DNA of 58,946 nucleotides, filler included, from Squatina squatina (Eukaryota), in the NCBI GenBank assembly GCA_031763465.1. It is 4 parts of 3 records of this genome, joined end to end, with 100 filler letters (N's around TTAATTAATTAA, not from the genome) between each part and the next. Parts side by side here need not be neighbours in the genome. Positions count along the whole stretch, not along the records: positions 1 to 14,092 come from JARFOE010000046.1; positions 14,193 to 28,819 come from JARFOE010000163.1; 2 more parts are not named here. One strand, 5' to 3'. Each line of letters starts with the position of its first letter. Position 1 is the first letter of the stretch. This document shows positions 12,987 through 25,516 of the stretch, in pieces. The translations under genes and the position numbers were made by a program. Below the pieces are notes generated by a model that saw nothing but the letters and a program-made list of their open reading frames with translations, was not told the DNA's origin and made no database searches.

Positions 12987-13122
12987 CAGGTGCTTAAAAA
13001 CCTGCTGCAATTCTAACTTTCTCCAGTTCTGACGAAGGGTCATCGACCTGAAGCGTTAACTCTGTTTCTCTCTCCACAGATGCTGCCTGGCCTGCTGAGT
13101 TTTTTTTCAGCATTTTCTGTTT
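12987..13122 (+). mobile_element. Penelope-like element terminal repeat fragment with hammerhead-like core
   Basis: AGTT-CTGACGA-AGGGTCATCGACCT-GAAG-CGTT-AACT followed by CACAGATGCTGCCTGGCCTGCTGAGT. Homologous to four other copies in the window. Confidence 0.65.
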
Positions 13123-13183
13123 AAAGTGAATTATTTCTGTTTTGTCTCCACAACTGATGGAACTTTTTTGTTCTGGTTTCTAG

Positions 13184-13402
13184 AATGTTCTGTTCATGCC
13201 CAACGTATTGGAATACCTGACATGTAACGATGAAGAGGACGATCTCCAGAAGATTCTAATGATCCCTGCATCTCAGAAGGCGAGGCTAAATAGTTACCGG
13301 GCAGTTGTTTGTAACACCACCATCAAAGTGCGGAAGGAGCATTTTCAGGAACTCGCCAATGAACTGAAAAGCCAAGTGGACCTCCAGAAAATCGTGGACA
13401 AA
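13184..13402 (+). CDS. ABCA2: ABCA2 internal exon (219 nt, phase 0)
   Basis: TAG acceptor and GTGAGT donor. LEYLTC...LQKILMIPASQKARLNSYRAVVC...ELKSQVD matches recalled LEQLTC...LGRILTVPESQKGALQGYRDAVC...ELRNQLD. Confidence 0.88.
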
Positions 13403-13834
13403 GTGAGTTGCATTAAGATCTGATTTTGAAAAAAAAAAATCAACTTTTTTTCTTTGTAGAACCCTCCTGCTCATTCTAATGATTCCCCAATGTGGGAGAG
13501 CTGGGCCTCTTGATGCGTGCCTTTTCATTCCATGTTGGTTGTTCTCATCCTTAAGATGAGTTCCTCTTTGTGCAGTGTCCCAACTAGTCAAAATTGTATC
13601 ATTGGGGAAGGTTGTCCATCAAGGTGTCTGACTCCAGCACGAGAGGTCAGGAAGCTCTGATCCATTGAGCTGTGCTCGTACTTAATTTACTTAAGGGTGT
13701 TGTAGAATAACTGCAGTATCCCCGACTCACTTACGACATAACTAAACGAAGGATGGTACGATGGAAAGGGTGGGGTAATTTTCCTAGGTTACACTGCCAG
13801 TGGGGAGATTCGTCTGGCATCTGTGCATGTTGGG

Positions 13835-14092
13835 AAATAAATTGTACTGTAAATCACTGGTTAGGCCTCAGCTGGAGTATTCTGTCCAATTCTGGGCACT
13901 GCACTTTTCGGAAGGATGCCAAGGCCATGGTGAGGGTGCAGGGGGGATTTACCAAGGTGGTACCAGGGATGAGGGACTTCAGTTATGTGGAGAGACTGGA
14001 GAAGTTTGGATTGTGCTTCTTAGAGCTGAGAAGGATAAGGGGAGATTTAACAGAGGTGTTAAAAATTATGAGGGATTTTGATAGAGTAAATA
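13835..14092 (+). mobile_element. CR1 LINE ORF2 fragment
   Basis: KSLVRPQLEYSVQFW / FSYVERLEKFGL...RRIRGDLTEVLKIM. Confidence 0.88.
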
Positions 14093-14192
14093 NNNNNNNN
14101 NNNNNNNNNNNNNNNNNNNNNNNNNNNNNNNNNNNNTTAATTAATTAANNNNNNNNNNNNNNNNNNNNNNNNNNNNNNNNNNNNNNNNNNNN
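14093..14192. other. Artificial linker: 44 N + TTAATTAATTAA (14137-14148) + 44 N
   Basis: The 12-mer gives stops in all six frames. Identical 100-nt structure occurs three times. Confidence 0.97.
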
Positions 14193-14271
14193 AGCTGGAA
14201 ATACTCAGTAGGTCAGGCAGCATCTGTGGAGAGAGAAACAGAGGTTTCGGGTCGATGATCTTTCATCAGAA
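14193..14271 (-). mobile_element. Penelope-like terminal repeat fragment (degenerate hammerhead core)
   Basis: Reverse complement reads TT-CTGATGA-AAGATCATCGACCC-GAAAC, then the shared downstream repeat sequence. Confidence 0.6.
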
Positions 14272-14528
14272 AATAATTAGTCTTGTTGATAACTCAGAGT
14301 TACTGAATACTTACAGTGACTGATGAATAAACAAAGCCACATTATTTTTCTTTTCTATCCTTACCATCTAATCATTTGTTGGACCTCATTTTAAGACAAA
14401 GCCTGTGTGCTCATACACTACAGTGAAGATAGAGGGCAAACCTCTGAATAAGATATCTGCATGGCGAGTTAAAAAGTTGACTCCATTCAAACATCATTAT
14501 AAGTATGTGTGTGAATCCACATCTACTA

Positions 14529-14858
14529 GTAAAATGGCCTGACTGTACCTAGAACATAAGAGCATAAGAATTAGGAGCAGGAGTAGGCCGTCTGATCCCT
14601 TGAGCCTGCTCCACCATTCACGAAGATCAAGCCTGATCTTTGACCTCAACTCCACAAGACAATTATACATTTATAAACTGCAGTTTACATTAGATGATAA
14701 AAAGGGATAGAACTGGCCTTTTACATGGCAATTTACTTTTATATAACACAAGTTGTTGTATGAAAGGCCAGTTGTACCTCTTTTTATCATATAATGTAAA
14801 TGGCAGTTCACAGACGTATGAATGACTTATATTTCTTGGTACTGACAGACCTTTTTAC
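14529..14858. repeat. Long imperfect palindrome (foldback element) with a CR1 tail inserted in the left arm
   Basis: 14656-14740 is reverse-complementary to 14745-14829. 14529-14555 pairs with 14832-14858. A minus-strand CR1 3' end lies at about 14551-14655. Confidence 0.75.
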
Positions 14859-17298
14859 ACTCCAGACCTCGTGCTACTAGGTGGGTAATGGAGGAAGTCA
14901 CGTGACACCTACTGAAGGACTCATGTTGCAATAATTCATCTGTTTGTGGGGGAAAGCAAATCACAAAGCTTCACTATACGCACCTAACTTTATGCAATTA
15001 AAACTGACTATTGCTTTGGTTTAAAATTCTTTCAACTAATCCATGGAGGAACCAGTTGTAATGCTGGCTCTAACTCATTGTCTATAAAACAACCACAGTC
15101 TGAGCTGTAATAAAACATCAGATTTTCCATTGTAATGTATGGGAAGTGAATCAGCAAGTTCTTGGTAAGGGAACGGTACCTTTAACTGACGAGTACAATG
15201 TTACAGTCAGTGTCTATAGTAATAGGGCCAGCTTAAATTTAATGAGAAAACAATTGGGTTTAAGAAGATAGTAATCTTATAAAACAGGAGGAGGAAAACA
15301 ATGAAACCATTGTAAATTAATCTGATTTTCATAGAGAGTGGTTTTATTGTGTGGTTGTTCCATTTTCATCAATAGGATTGCATTTCTGATGAGATCAACT
15401 GGTTTATTACAGAACAGAGTTGATGTCATCACTGCTTAACCATACCAGAGACTGTAATAAAAGGGGAAGAAGCTGATCTCAGGACGGAATCACATATGAT
15501 CTTATTCAGGTTTCCTATAATAATGGACTAAATACACTTTCTATCCCAATTGCCCTTGCAGGAAACATTTGGGCGGGGGATGGGAGGAACAGNNNNNNNN
15601 NNNNNNNNNNNNNNNNNNNNNNNNNNNNNNNNNNNNNNNNNNNNNNNNNNNNNNNNNNNNNNNNNNNNNNNNNNNNNNNNNNNNNNNNNNNNNNNNNNNN
15701 NNNNNNNNNNNNNNNNNNNNNNNNNNNNNNTGGTATCTCAATACGAGCAGCTTGGTCAAAAGGATTTATGTACTTTGGAGTTTATAACAACAAAAAATGA
15801 AAATCACACACAGTATATTGAAAAGTAATATTTCATCTAATGTTTCGGACTAATCTTTCAAACTAAACAGCGGTTTGGTTGCGCAAAACACTAATTAGGC
15901 TCCCACATGCTGTGGGTAGTAAATAACAAGGCTAGCAAGGAACTGCTTTACTTGTTGTCCATGTTTGTTGGTACATCCAGTGGGAGGCTTACTTCAGCAG
16001 GATTGTGGCAATGTGCTATGTGTACTGGATTGCAGGATCCGCCCTAGAAAACACAATCTATTTATATCTGAAGTCGGCAACCCGGAGGAACGTTCCACAT
16101 AACCACGTAAAAGGGAGGACGGAAGCCCTGCAAAAACTAGAAAACCTTAGCAGCTTTAATCCTTACCGAGGGCACTCTGGTAATCGACTCTAAGCTCTCG
16201 ACACACCTGAAGGGTTTTTAAAAACCTGCTGCAGACACTGCTCTCACTCTGCATCTGTCTTCANNNNNNNNNNNNNNNNNNNNNNNNNNNNNNNNNNNNN
16301 NNNNNNNNNNNNNNNNNNNNNNNNNNNNNNNNNNNNNNNNNNNNNNNNNNNNNNNNNNNNNNNGAGAAAGTGACTGATAGCTCAGCGAGCAGCAAATGCA
16401 TTTCAGCCAGTAAACCGAGTGCGGGGCGTGGGACAGACAGGAGCTGGCTGTTATCCAGGTAAATAATATTGCAACTCGCGTCCCCCCCACCCACTTAACC
16501 TCATCATGCCCCCAACCCAGTTTGGGAACCTTGCTTTATAATATACTTCATTAAATACTTTTGTCCTCAGTTACTTGATATTTTCCTGTCATTCGTGTGT
16601 ACTTATCTTTAATAGGCNNNNNNNNNNACATTTGCTTGAACTCTTAACCCAAGTACTCCTCTGCTAAAGGAAATATCACAAAAGCAGGGGTCAGTGGGGA
16701 GGAAGTTAGTGTAAAATAATCCAATTGTAAAATATAACAATTCTGTAAAAACAAAAATGAAGTATGGAAGATGAACCATGCAGAGCCCACCGGACACCAA
16801 GCATAATACACAGTCTGTATTTTGGAACATAACCCACAGATTGGCATAAATTGAATTAAAACCAATTTGTTAGAAACTGTGAACACATGTTCCACTTGCA
16901 AAGAACAATATTGTAAAAACAGAGGGAAGGGGAATTGGTCTGAAATTGTGGCTGTGTTTAGTGACAATATCTGTTTGCACTGCTGAGAGGTACTGACAAC
17001 CCATAATGCCCAGAGGTATGACATGACGTTGCACTGTCATCGTGATGCCTGGAAGCTGTAATTTGATCCCATTTAATAGGAATAGCACTTGAAACAGCAA
17101 ACACTGGAAACAGTGGTATAGTGAGAACTATAGGCTTCATTCAGTATCCATAGTGCTGAGAATTACTGGTACTTTGTATTGAAAAATTAGCAAAAAAGGT
17201 GTGAATTTGTGACAGGATACCCACCCCTGGCAACCCGTGCAGTGTCTGCACTCACAAAACAAACCATCAGTGCGTTCTTCCACACACTGGAACCCAAC

Positions 17299-17808
17299 CT
17301 TATTCTTCTTAGGCAGTCCCTCTTCTTAGGGGGTCGAGGATGACTTGCTTCCACTCCAGAGTTGTGGGTTCTGAGATGGCTGAAAAGTCCAATACAGGAT
17401 CTGTAAATTCGACCACAGGTGGGCAGATGGTGTTTGATGGGGCGAGTGGATGGGATGCTCGTGTTTCCGCGTGCTCTTTCCGCTGCCTGCGCTTGGCCTC
17501 AATGTGCTCTCTCCAGAGGAGCTCGAAGCGGTTTGGCACCTTCACAGATGCTTCTCCTCTAATTCGGGCGATCTTGGGCCAGAAATTTCCATGAGTCGGT
17601 GGAGTTGTTGTATTTTTTCAGGGAGGCTTTGAGGACGCCCTTGAAGTGTTTCTTCTGCCCTCCTGGAAGTCACTTGCCGTGACGGAGCTTGGAATATAGT
17701 GCTTGTTTCGGGAGTCTTAAATCAGGCATGCGGACGATGTGACCCACCCATCACAGCTGGTTGAGCGTGACCAGTGCCTCGATGCTGGGGATGTTGGCCT
17801 GAGAGAGG
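17299..17808 (-). mobile_element. RTE-clade LINE 3' end
   Basis: Minus translation LSQANIPSIEALVTLNQL*WVGHIVRMPDLRLPKQALYSKL...GGQKKHFKGVLKASLK with an AAG-rich tail. Contains stops. Confidence 0.85.
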
Positions 17809-20800
17809 NNNNNNNNNNNNNNNNNNNNNNNNNNNNNNNNNNNNNNNNNNNNNNNNNNNNNNNNNNNNNNNNNNNNNNNNNNNNNNNNNNNNNNNNNNNN
17901 NNNNNNNNCTATCCATTGCCTATGGACGGGCAAAAAATTCCACCCTGAGGCCAGAGGTCCATCTGGCCTAAGCAATTATTTGATTGCTATACAGTGATCT
18001 GCGTAAAGCATCTGCTATTTGAGCTAAAGGAGCGGGGTAATACTGGATAGAATATACCTTTAATAGTAAAATTCACGTGAAGAGTTAAATTAAATCTGTA
18101 CCCCACAACAGTCAAAAAAGTGACGTCTTGAGGTCCAGACCTGGAATCGTGCTGTCTAACCTCATGGGTTAACCAAAAGTACAGAGATATAGAGAAATAT
18201 CAAAGCAATCATAGATACTAGCTTCATTTAAAACATTATATAGTATCCTGTCCTTCTTTGGTCTCAGAAAACTGCAGTCTTCCTATGTGTATAATTTATG
18301 TGTTTTAAGTGCCTGAAATTACTATCCTGTCTTAAAGCTAAGTTAGTTTGGTGCCTGTCTACTGCTTGGCATTCATTGTTCATGCATGACTTCATTTAAG
18401 CAATGTTTTTCTTCAGCTCTATTTCTTTGTTTTTTCACAGAAAAGAACCATGAAATAAAGTTGGACAATCAATTCAGGATAACAAATTTAGACATAAGAC
18501 AGAAATGTTTTTTTTTTATAAAGCAAATAAATTCTATACCTTACTAAATGTAGAGAATTGGTTTGCCTATTTATCGGATCGCTGCTGTGGCATTTTTGAG
18601 AAATTGAGCAAACATTAGTACTTGGCAACAGAAGAACAGGTGTTGGTTACCAACGTTAGGAAAGGGCAACTAGGTAGGAGGTACGAGACACAGCTCACAG
18701 AAGCTAGATGATATCAAACGAAAAGAGCACTAAAGGAGGGTGGTAGGTTTGAAATGAATAAAGAGATATTGGAAAACCAATTTTGTTCAGTTTAGCAAAC
18801 CTATTTTCCTTTAATTTTTGAGGATTCATGTTGGTGTGTATTTTTGATTTCACTAAAGTTCAAAGTGGTTGTTACAAGTTTCGTGTCNNNNNNNNNNNNN
18901 NNNNNNNNNNNNNNNNNNNNNNNNNNNNNNNNNNNNNNNNNNNNNNNNNNNNNNNNNNNNNNNNNNNNNNNNNNNNNNNNNNNNNNNTGGACACACATGT
19001 TGGGCGGGCAGCTAGCTGGTGGAATGTTAATCAGGCCCGGCTGTCGAAATGGACCAGGCCTTCCAACTTCAGCTCTCGCGCCCGCAAGTTAAAATTCCAC
19101 CTTTTATTGAAAATCTCAGGATTGCATTTCCTGAGTAAATGATTTATGCTGTTTTCAGGATTAAACGACATAATAACGTTCTCTTCAAAAATACGTGATT
19201 CTTTGAAGCAGCATGAGATGCTCTGATACAATAAGGCAGCCAATGAACGCTGGTTGTATTCATGCTAGGTGGAATTTACATGTATTTTTAGAGTAAATTT
19301 CGTTTTCCGTATATTTCTGCTTATCTTCTACAGGAGAGTTACTAAAACACAGCAAACTCGTATGTACTTTAAAGTTGCTATAATTTTAAAGGCATTTTTT
19401 TTCCATGAAAGCTGCAGATTCTAATCAAATGAGCAGGATACAGTAGTTTAAAATGGGGCTCAACTTTGTACCACAGAAATCAGTCAGCATCTTTTATGTG
19501 GGCACAAAATAAATCCCCATTTTGCATTATTAAAATGGAAATTTTACAGACACAACACAGGACTTTTGTGCAAATAGAATAGCCATCTCTTTAAATCTGC
19601 CCCTTTAGCTAGACCAAATAATAAGCATTAATTGCCTTAAAACATGTGTGAATAAATAATACCATATGCATCTGTATGTTTTATATATATATACAAAATA
19701 TGAATATATTTGACCACTAGTGGGACACAGGGGCCTACACCCAACCTTGACGCTCTTTGGGATGTTTTGCTATGTTGAAAANNNNNNNNNNNNNNNNNNN
19801 NNNNNNNNNNNNNNNNNNNNNNNNNNNNNNNNNNNNNNNNNNNNNNNNNNNNNNNNNNNNNNNNNNNNNNNNNNNNNNNNNATCACTGTGTATGTGCCTC
19901 AGTATAAAAACTTTAATATTTATTTGGTCTTCGTTTTAGTGCAATTCTATTAATGCCGTTTATAAAAAAGGGACAGTTTGGCAGGTTACCTAGAGCTTGT
20001 GGTAAGCGAACTAATGTGCAGTGTAGTGCGCTAGTTACACTGCCTCAAGAAACACTGAGGAAATTGAGGCCAGCTGTCAAGATTACAGACTCAATTGCCA
20101 GAAAATTCCACTCTTCCTGTCCTTCTTGGGACTGCCACTGGCATTCAACTCAAAGTGCTGTTCCAATACAGTTTTGTTTCAAATTACTTTGCCGTTTGTC
20201 TCGTCAGTTTCAATGAAACTTTATGACAAGGAAATAAAGTTCTCTCCTGATGCATGTCCCTTCATCAAGTGTGGCACTTCCTTATTTGCATTATCTTCCT
20301 CAATGATAGAATTATCTGGAAACATTTTATGGATGTATTGGAAATAAACTGCACAGTCGTGAAGATCAATCTTATCCCCAGACCCCCCCCACCAACAGTT
20401 AGAATTGTTTGTGGTATTTTGGGAAGCATTGAACATTTTTCAAAATAAGGCATTGCAAAAATATCTTTAAAAAGCTGGGAGTAAAAATAATCTTTGTTAG
20501 TACAAATGTTTAATCCATGTGTGGATATGGATAAACATCGACGGTAAAATTGATACAGGGTACAGGTTCTAGATGCAACAGTNNNNNNNNNNNNNNNNNN
20601 NNNNNNNNNNNNNNNNNNNNNNNNNNNNNNNNNNNNNNNNNNNNNNNNNNNNNNNNNNNNNNNNNNNNNNNNNNNNNNNNNNCTGAAAATAGCAAAAATG
20701 AATGTAAAGACTGAAATGAATAGGTTATTATATATATTGAATAACTGACTGCATATCTCTATATTGTATAAAGAGAGCATACCTTTGGATTGGATAGTTT

Positions 20801-20924
20801 CTGAAAATTGAACTACTCATGTTGTGCCAATAAATGGCTTATTTTTTTGGAAACCACCTGATCCTCAGTCTACATCCTTTCTATAATGAATTGTGAAGAT
20901 GAAAGAAAGAATTTGCATTTATCT

Positions 20925-21190
20925 TGGCCTGAATTTTACGTAGATATTAACGGTGAGGCTAACAGCGCTCACCGTTATATCAGACTAAATCGTAAAGCAA
21001 CAACTGGCGCCCACATGTGCACAGTGAAACACGGAAATCCAGAAGTTGCTGTCTGGGATACCCCTCTCATCCACAGGGCTGTCAATGACAAAAGACTGTA
21101 AAAGTCTGCGCTTATAGGCTCAGTGCTGAGATCAATGCAATGGCGTGAAGTTGTGGTACTTGCCCATGAGTTCCCCTCTAAAGACACCAG
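20925..21190. mobile_element. Putative non-autonomous DNA transposon fragment
   Basis: Begins GGCCTGAATTTT with a 10-bp subterminal hairpin TAACGGTGAG (20948-20957) / CTCACCGTTA (20968-20977). CpG-rich relative to flanks. Confidence 0.35.
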
Positions 21191-23918
21191 AAAACATTCT
21201 GGCTGGTGTATTCAGGAATAAATGAAAATATTTGTTTTACTTTCTGTCCTTCTCTTCATGTTTTTTTTGTGCATTCTTCCATTATTACATTTGCCAAGTT
21301 CACTATTGTTTGTTTTCCCCTCAGTGATTGCTTCTGCCTTATATTAATTAAGTGCAACCCACATTGCCTGAAGCAGTGGAGCAGGTAGATAATAGAGGAA
21401 ATCCGATGAGACAGAGACTTAGCAATGTAACATGCACAGTACGTACGTGTGTGGAGGTCATTAGAGCTACATACAATGCATCTACTGTTTGTGTGTCCAC
21501 ATTGTGATAAGAACGATCACAAAAAAACAAATCAAACATAACATGATTCTTCGTGCAACACGAACAACATCTGCAACTAAATATGNNNNNNNNNNNNNNN
21601 NNNNNNNNNNNNNNNNNNNNNNNNNNNNNNNNNNNNNNNNNNNNNNNNNNNNNNNNNNNNNNNNNNNNNNNNNNNNNNNNNNNNNTATGTGTGGTGAACC
21701 AACATGGCCACTCAAAGAACTTGAAGTTTTTTTTGAACACCTTTCATTGGTTGTTTTTTTGGTGGCAACCAGTTGGCTATGTTTTAGTAATTGTGGTAGT
21801 GAGAAAATAGCTTTAAGGAAAGTTTTTTTTTAAATTCATGAGTGATTTGAGCCAACCAGAATATTTCATCCTTAATGGGCATATCAACATTTTTTCTATA
21901 TCGAACATATATATTTTGACCTGTAAACACCATGCGGAGAATAATAAACTTTTATGTCCATAGATAGTTACACAGAACATTTGTAATAACTCACTCAGTA
22001 ACAACTCACAGACAAATTTTTCATTGTCACAAAGACAACATGTTAGTGGTAGCAATACTGTATGGGGACAACCTCAGTATTACAGCAAGTGAGACCTTTA
22101 CCCACTACGAGGCTGGTTAACCAAATAGATTTTCTTCCAGAAAGGGGCAATATAGATAGTTTTAGCTTTTCTGATTGGACAGGTTTTGCTTATTTACTAT
22201 TTTCTAATTATCGAGATGTGATTTCCCTGACACTTAGATTATTTTACAGAATTTTTTAATGAGGTAGGTTTAGTAGAACCTTTTATTCCCAGTTTTTATT
22301 TCTCATTTCTCCTTTCCACTCCTGAAGATACTGAGTTATGATCGTGCAGGCGACCTTCCAGTACATCATCCGAGTGGCATGTTCCTATTGCACAACAGAG
22401 GCATCACAACCCAGCTCAGTACCTGTAACATCACATACCTTCTTCACCAGCCCTCCCCCATCATGCAAAAGCATCTAGACACAAATACAAATAGAGGCTC
22501 AATGCCAGCAAGAAAACAGTAGAAATATAAATTACCCAAGAGTATTTGAAATATGGCGCCTACTCTGGAGAGAGGCCCCTCATTATTGTCGTCATCTCTG
22601 TAGTTGGACAAAAAAAACTGCATTTGAGAAAGGTCACCTGTATAAACAGAAAGTCAGTGGGGATTCGAATTGATTCCACTCATTAGGAAGCCTCAGTAAC
22701 TCACTCATGAATGCTCAGGTCCCTTCTGTGAAGTAATGCTACACATTGCTACCATAAAGTTTTTTTTTTAAATCCTTTTCGGAAAGTCAGCTAAAGAATA
22801 CATTCCTGATGAGTGAACAAAATCTCTGGGAAGGATGGTATTTGAATCCTGCTGGGATTTAAGGAAACTGTTGAGTTCACAGATAGATCTTGTTGCAGAC
22901 AAATTTTAAACCACCAATCATTTTTTAATGTTAATTTTTTTCTAAAGATGGTAATTATGTTATAACATAAATCACTGAAGATCGTGTAGTATCCTGGAAG
23001 ACAAAGACCCCTAATTAATAAATCATGAAACTCTGCTCCAGCTCCAAAAATACAAGGGATCTTCTAATAAAAACAAAACAAACATTCCATCAGGGGTGGG
23101 GAATAAATGGCTTTAGCATTAATATCCATGCCAACTTTTGTATTTGCACAGATTAACAGATACAAAATGTAGAAATTTGGCTGCTCCATACATTTTTGAA
23201 CAATTTATTTCACTGTTGGCATAGACAAGCCTCACTATAGATAACTGTCCCGTCAGAGGCAATAAAACAAAAANNNNNNNNNNGCTGCTGCCGGATGTGA
23301 AAGGGTCTGCTCAATTTCTGCACAGTAAAACACGCGCAGAATAAATTCACTACAGGGATAATGAGTTCCTTTTTCTCTTTCTTTTTCCAGTAAGATAGTG
23401 AAAACAAAATGTGGAATGAAGCCTTAACCAGTTCCATCTGGTGTTATGGGGTGAGAAGTCATAGCCTGTGGCAAGTTCGGCTCCCTCCCAGCAGTCTGCA
23501 CAACCTGTGTGTTCTGGCCCATGTGCACAGCACAGAAACAGGGCTGTCCCAGTCACAAGTTGAGCAAACCACTGAAATCTAGATCAGTCATAAAATATCT
23601 TTTGATGATAAACACTAAGTGCAATTGGGGTAACCATTCTCGAGTGGAATGCGTGGAACTGAGAATATGCAAATAAAACTGGACTGCCCCTTAGCCCATG
23701 TAGCCACCCACTAGATCATAGTGGAAGCTCCCACTTTCTAGCAATTGCAGCCTAGGAAAGCCTAATATGCTTGTTAATACAGCTGCAAGATTGGGTTATT
23801 AGGGGCAAAGCGTCTCTACCCATGATGCAGCTTGATAAGGATTGTCTTACATTGGCCTTAACATGCCGTTGCATATGTTTCCTCGATTAGGTTTCTTATC
23901 TTCTGCAAGCTGCATCAC

Positions 23919-24014
23919 ATGAAGGTTGCTGGCAACATAATGGCTGGGAAGGCATCTGACAGCTCCATCAAATGGCAGCTGTGCTATGACATCTCAGCCA
24001 GGACATGGTGGATG
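23919..24014 (+). CDS. NFIA: NFIA alternative first coding exon (MKVAGNIMAGKASDSSIKWQLCYDISARTWWM)
   Basis: ATG at 23919, 32 codons, GTGAGT donor at 24015 (phase 0). Near-identical to the recalled mouse NFIA N-terminus MKLADSVMAGKASDGSIKWQLCYDISARTWWM, which splices to DEFHPF. Confidence 0.9.
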
Positions 24015-25516
24015 GTGAGTTGGCAGCAAAAGCTGTTTTTTTTTTACTTTCCCTCCCTCTTTGACTGAATGTCCCAGACCTTGCATTCATCAAATTAACA
24101 TTTGATTTTCACACTATTCAGAGCTGTAATCTCACACTTTCAGTTTCTCCTCTGTGCTTTTTGAACAATGACCATTGCACAGTAACCCGCTTATCCTGGA
24201 AATGTGCAAGAAAGTACAAGTGATTGACAGGACAAAGTGTTAATTTTGTTTCTTTTTTTTTAAGCGTGAAATTAGAACTGTGCTATTTAAAAGTATCTGT
24301 TGATCAGGTAGACTCATGCATGCAAGTCTGAGTGTGTTTCAGAATTCTTGTGATTAAGTGTTTCAGTGACTGTGAGACTTATGGTGTTTTTATTGGTTTA
24401 GAACAGCTGCATGAAAATGTATATATATTTTTTCAACATTCAGAGTTGTCATCAACTTGAGATTTGATCGACTTTAGCATGCAATAGCTGTTTCTGTCAA
24501 TGTACTGGAGTACTTCCGTATACCACTGATATAAAGTATTCAGTCATTTTTGTTTGTTTTCATTATAGTGTTATTGTCAGTTAAGTCATGTGTTTCTGAG
24601 CTTCTTTACATTATGGAGTTTGTTAGCAACTTTGCCTGCGATTCAAGCCGTTGTCTGGTTCCGGTGTGCAGTGCGGAGAGGTTAACACACAATTCACAGT
24701 TAGTCGGGCCACACAACCTTTGACTTGCTGAATCAAAAAGGATACACGGAATGCAGGAGGATGCACAATAGTCCATTGTGGTACTAGATACAAATGAGTT
24801 CTGTTGCGGGGGGAAGGAGATGCGAATCATAATTGTGTGCTTCAGCGTGTACGTTGCTTCAACTTTAGCTTGCGATTCATTAAAAGTGATTATTTCTTTT
24901 TGGTCATTATTATTCTCGAGGCACGCACAAATTCTGCCAATGCAACGGGGTGGTGGGGGTGCAGGCGAAGAAAGAGAAAAGGGGAAAAAAAGTTTGTTGT
25001 TGAGACAATGAATTCATTATTCTTCCTCAACTGGACCGTAAACTTACTTGTTCTGCATCAATATCAGGATAGAGGCTGGCAAGTGGATTTGTACAGAACA
25101 TCTTGCTCTGCTTTTTCTGCTGGCAGACTGAAATTTTGTTGATTTCCTGGACAAATTTTAGATGCAGTTTTGGAAATGTGGTGTCTCATGGGGGGAATTA
25201 ATGTGAAGAGTTTCAAGTCAAGGTATTCATGACCTCTGTCTCAGGGCTTGAGTCATATCCATTTGTGTTCTTTCAAACCTGTGTTTTTACAATTGCTTCT
25301 ACATGCTCGTTCCTGTCAGGTTAGACAGAACCAGCACAACTCCTACTATCTTCCTGGTATAATCAAGCCGAGTGGTAATAATGCAAGTTCTGTTGTGCCA
25401 TTGTTAGTTAAATTACNNNNNNNNNNNNNNNNNNNNNNNNNNNNNNNNNNNNNNNNNNNNNNNNNNNNNNNNNNNNNNNNNNNNNNNNNNNNNNNNNNNN
25501 NNNNNNNNNNNNNNNN

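Noticed and set aside
19159-19359. Two small AG/GT-bounded segments (19159-19194, 19334-19359)
   Set aside because: No recognisable peptide, a weak first donor and a non-triplet second length.
20221-20436. Protein-like ORF FQYIHKMFPDNSIIEEDN
   Set aside because: No recognisable homology and a poor acceptor. More likely non-coding.
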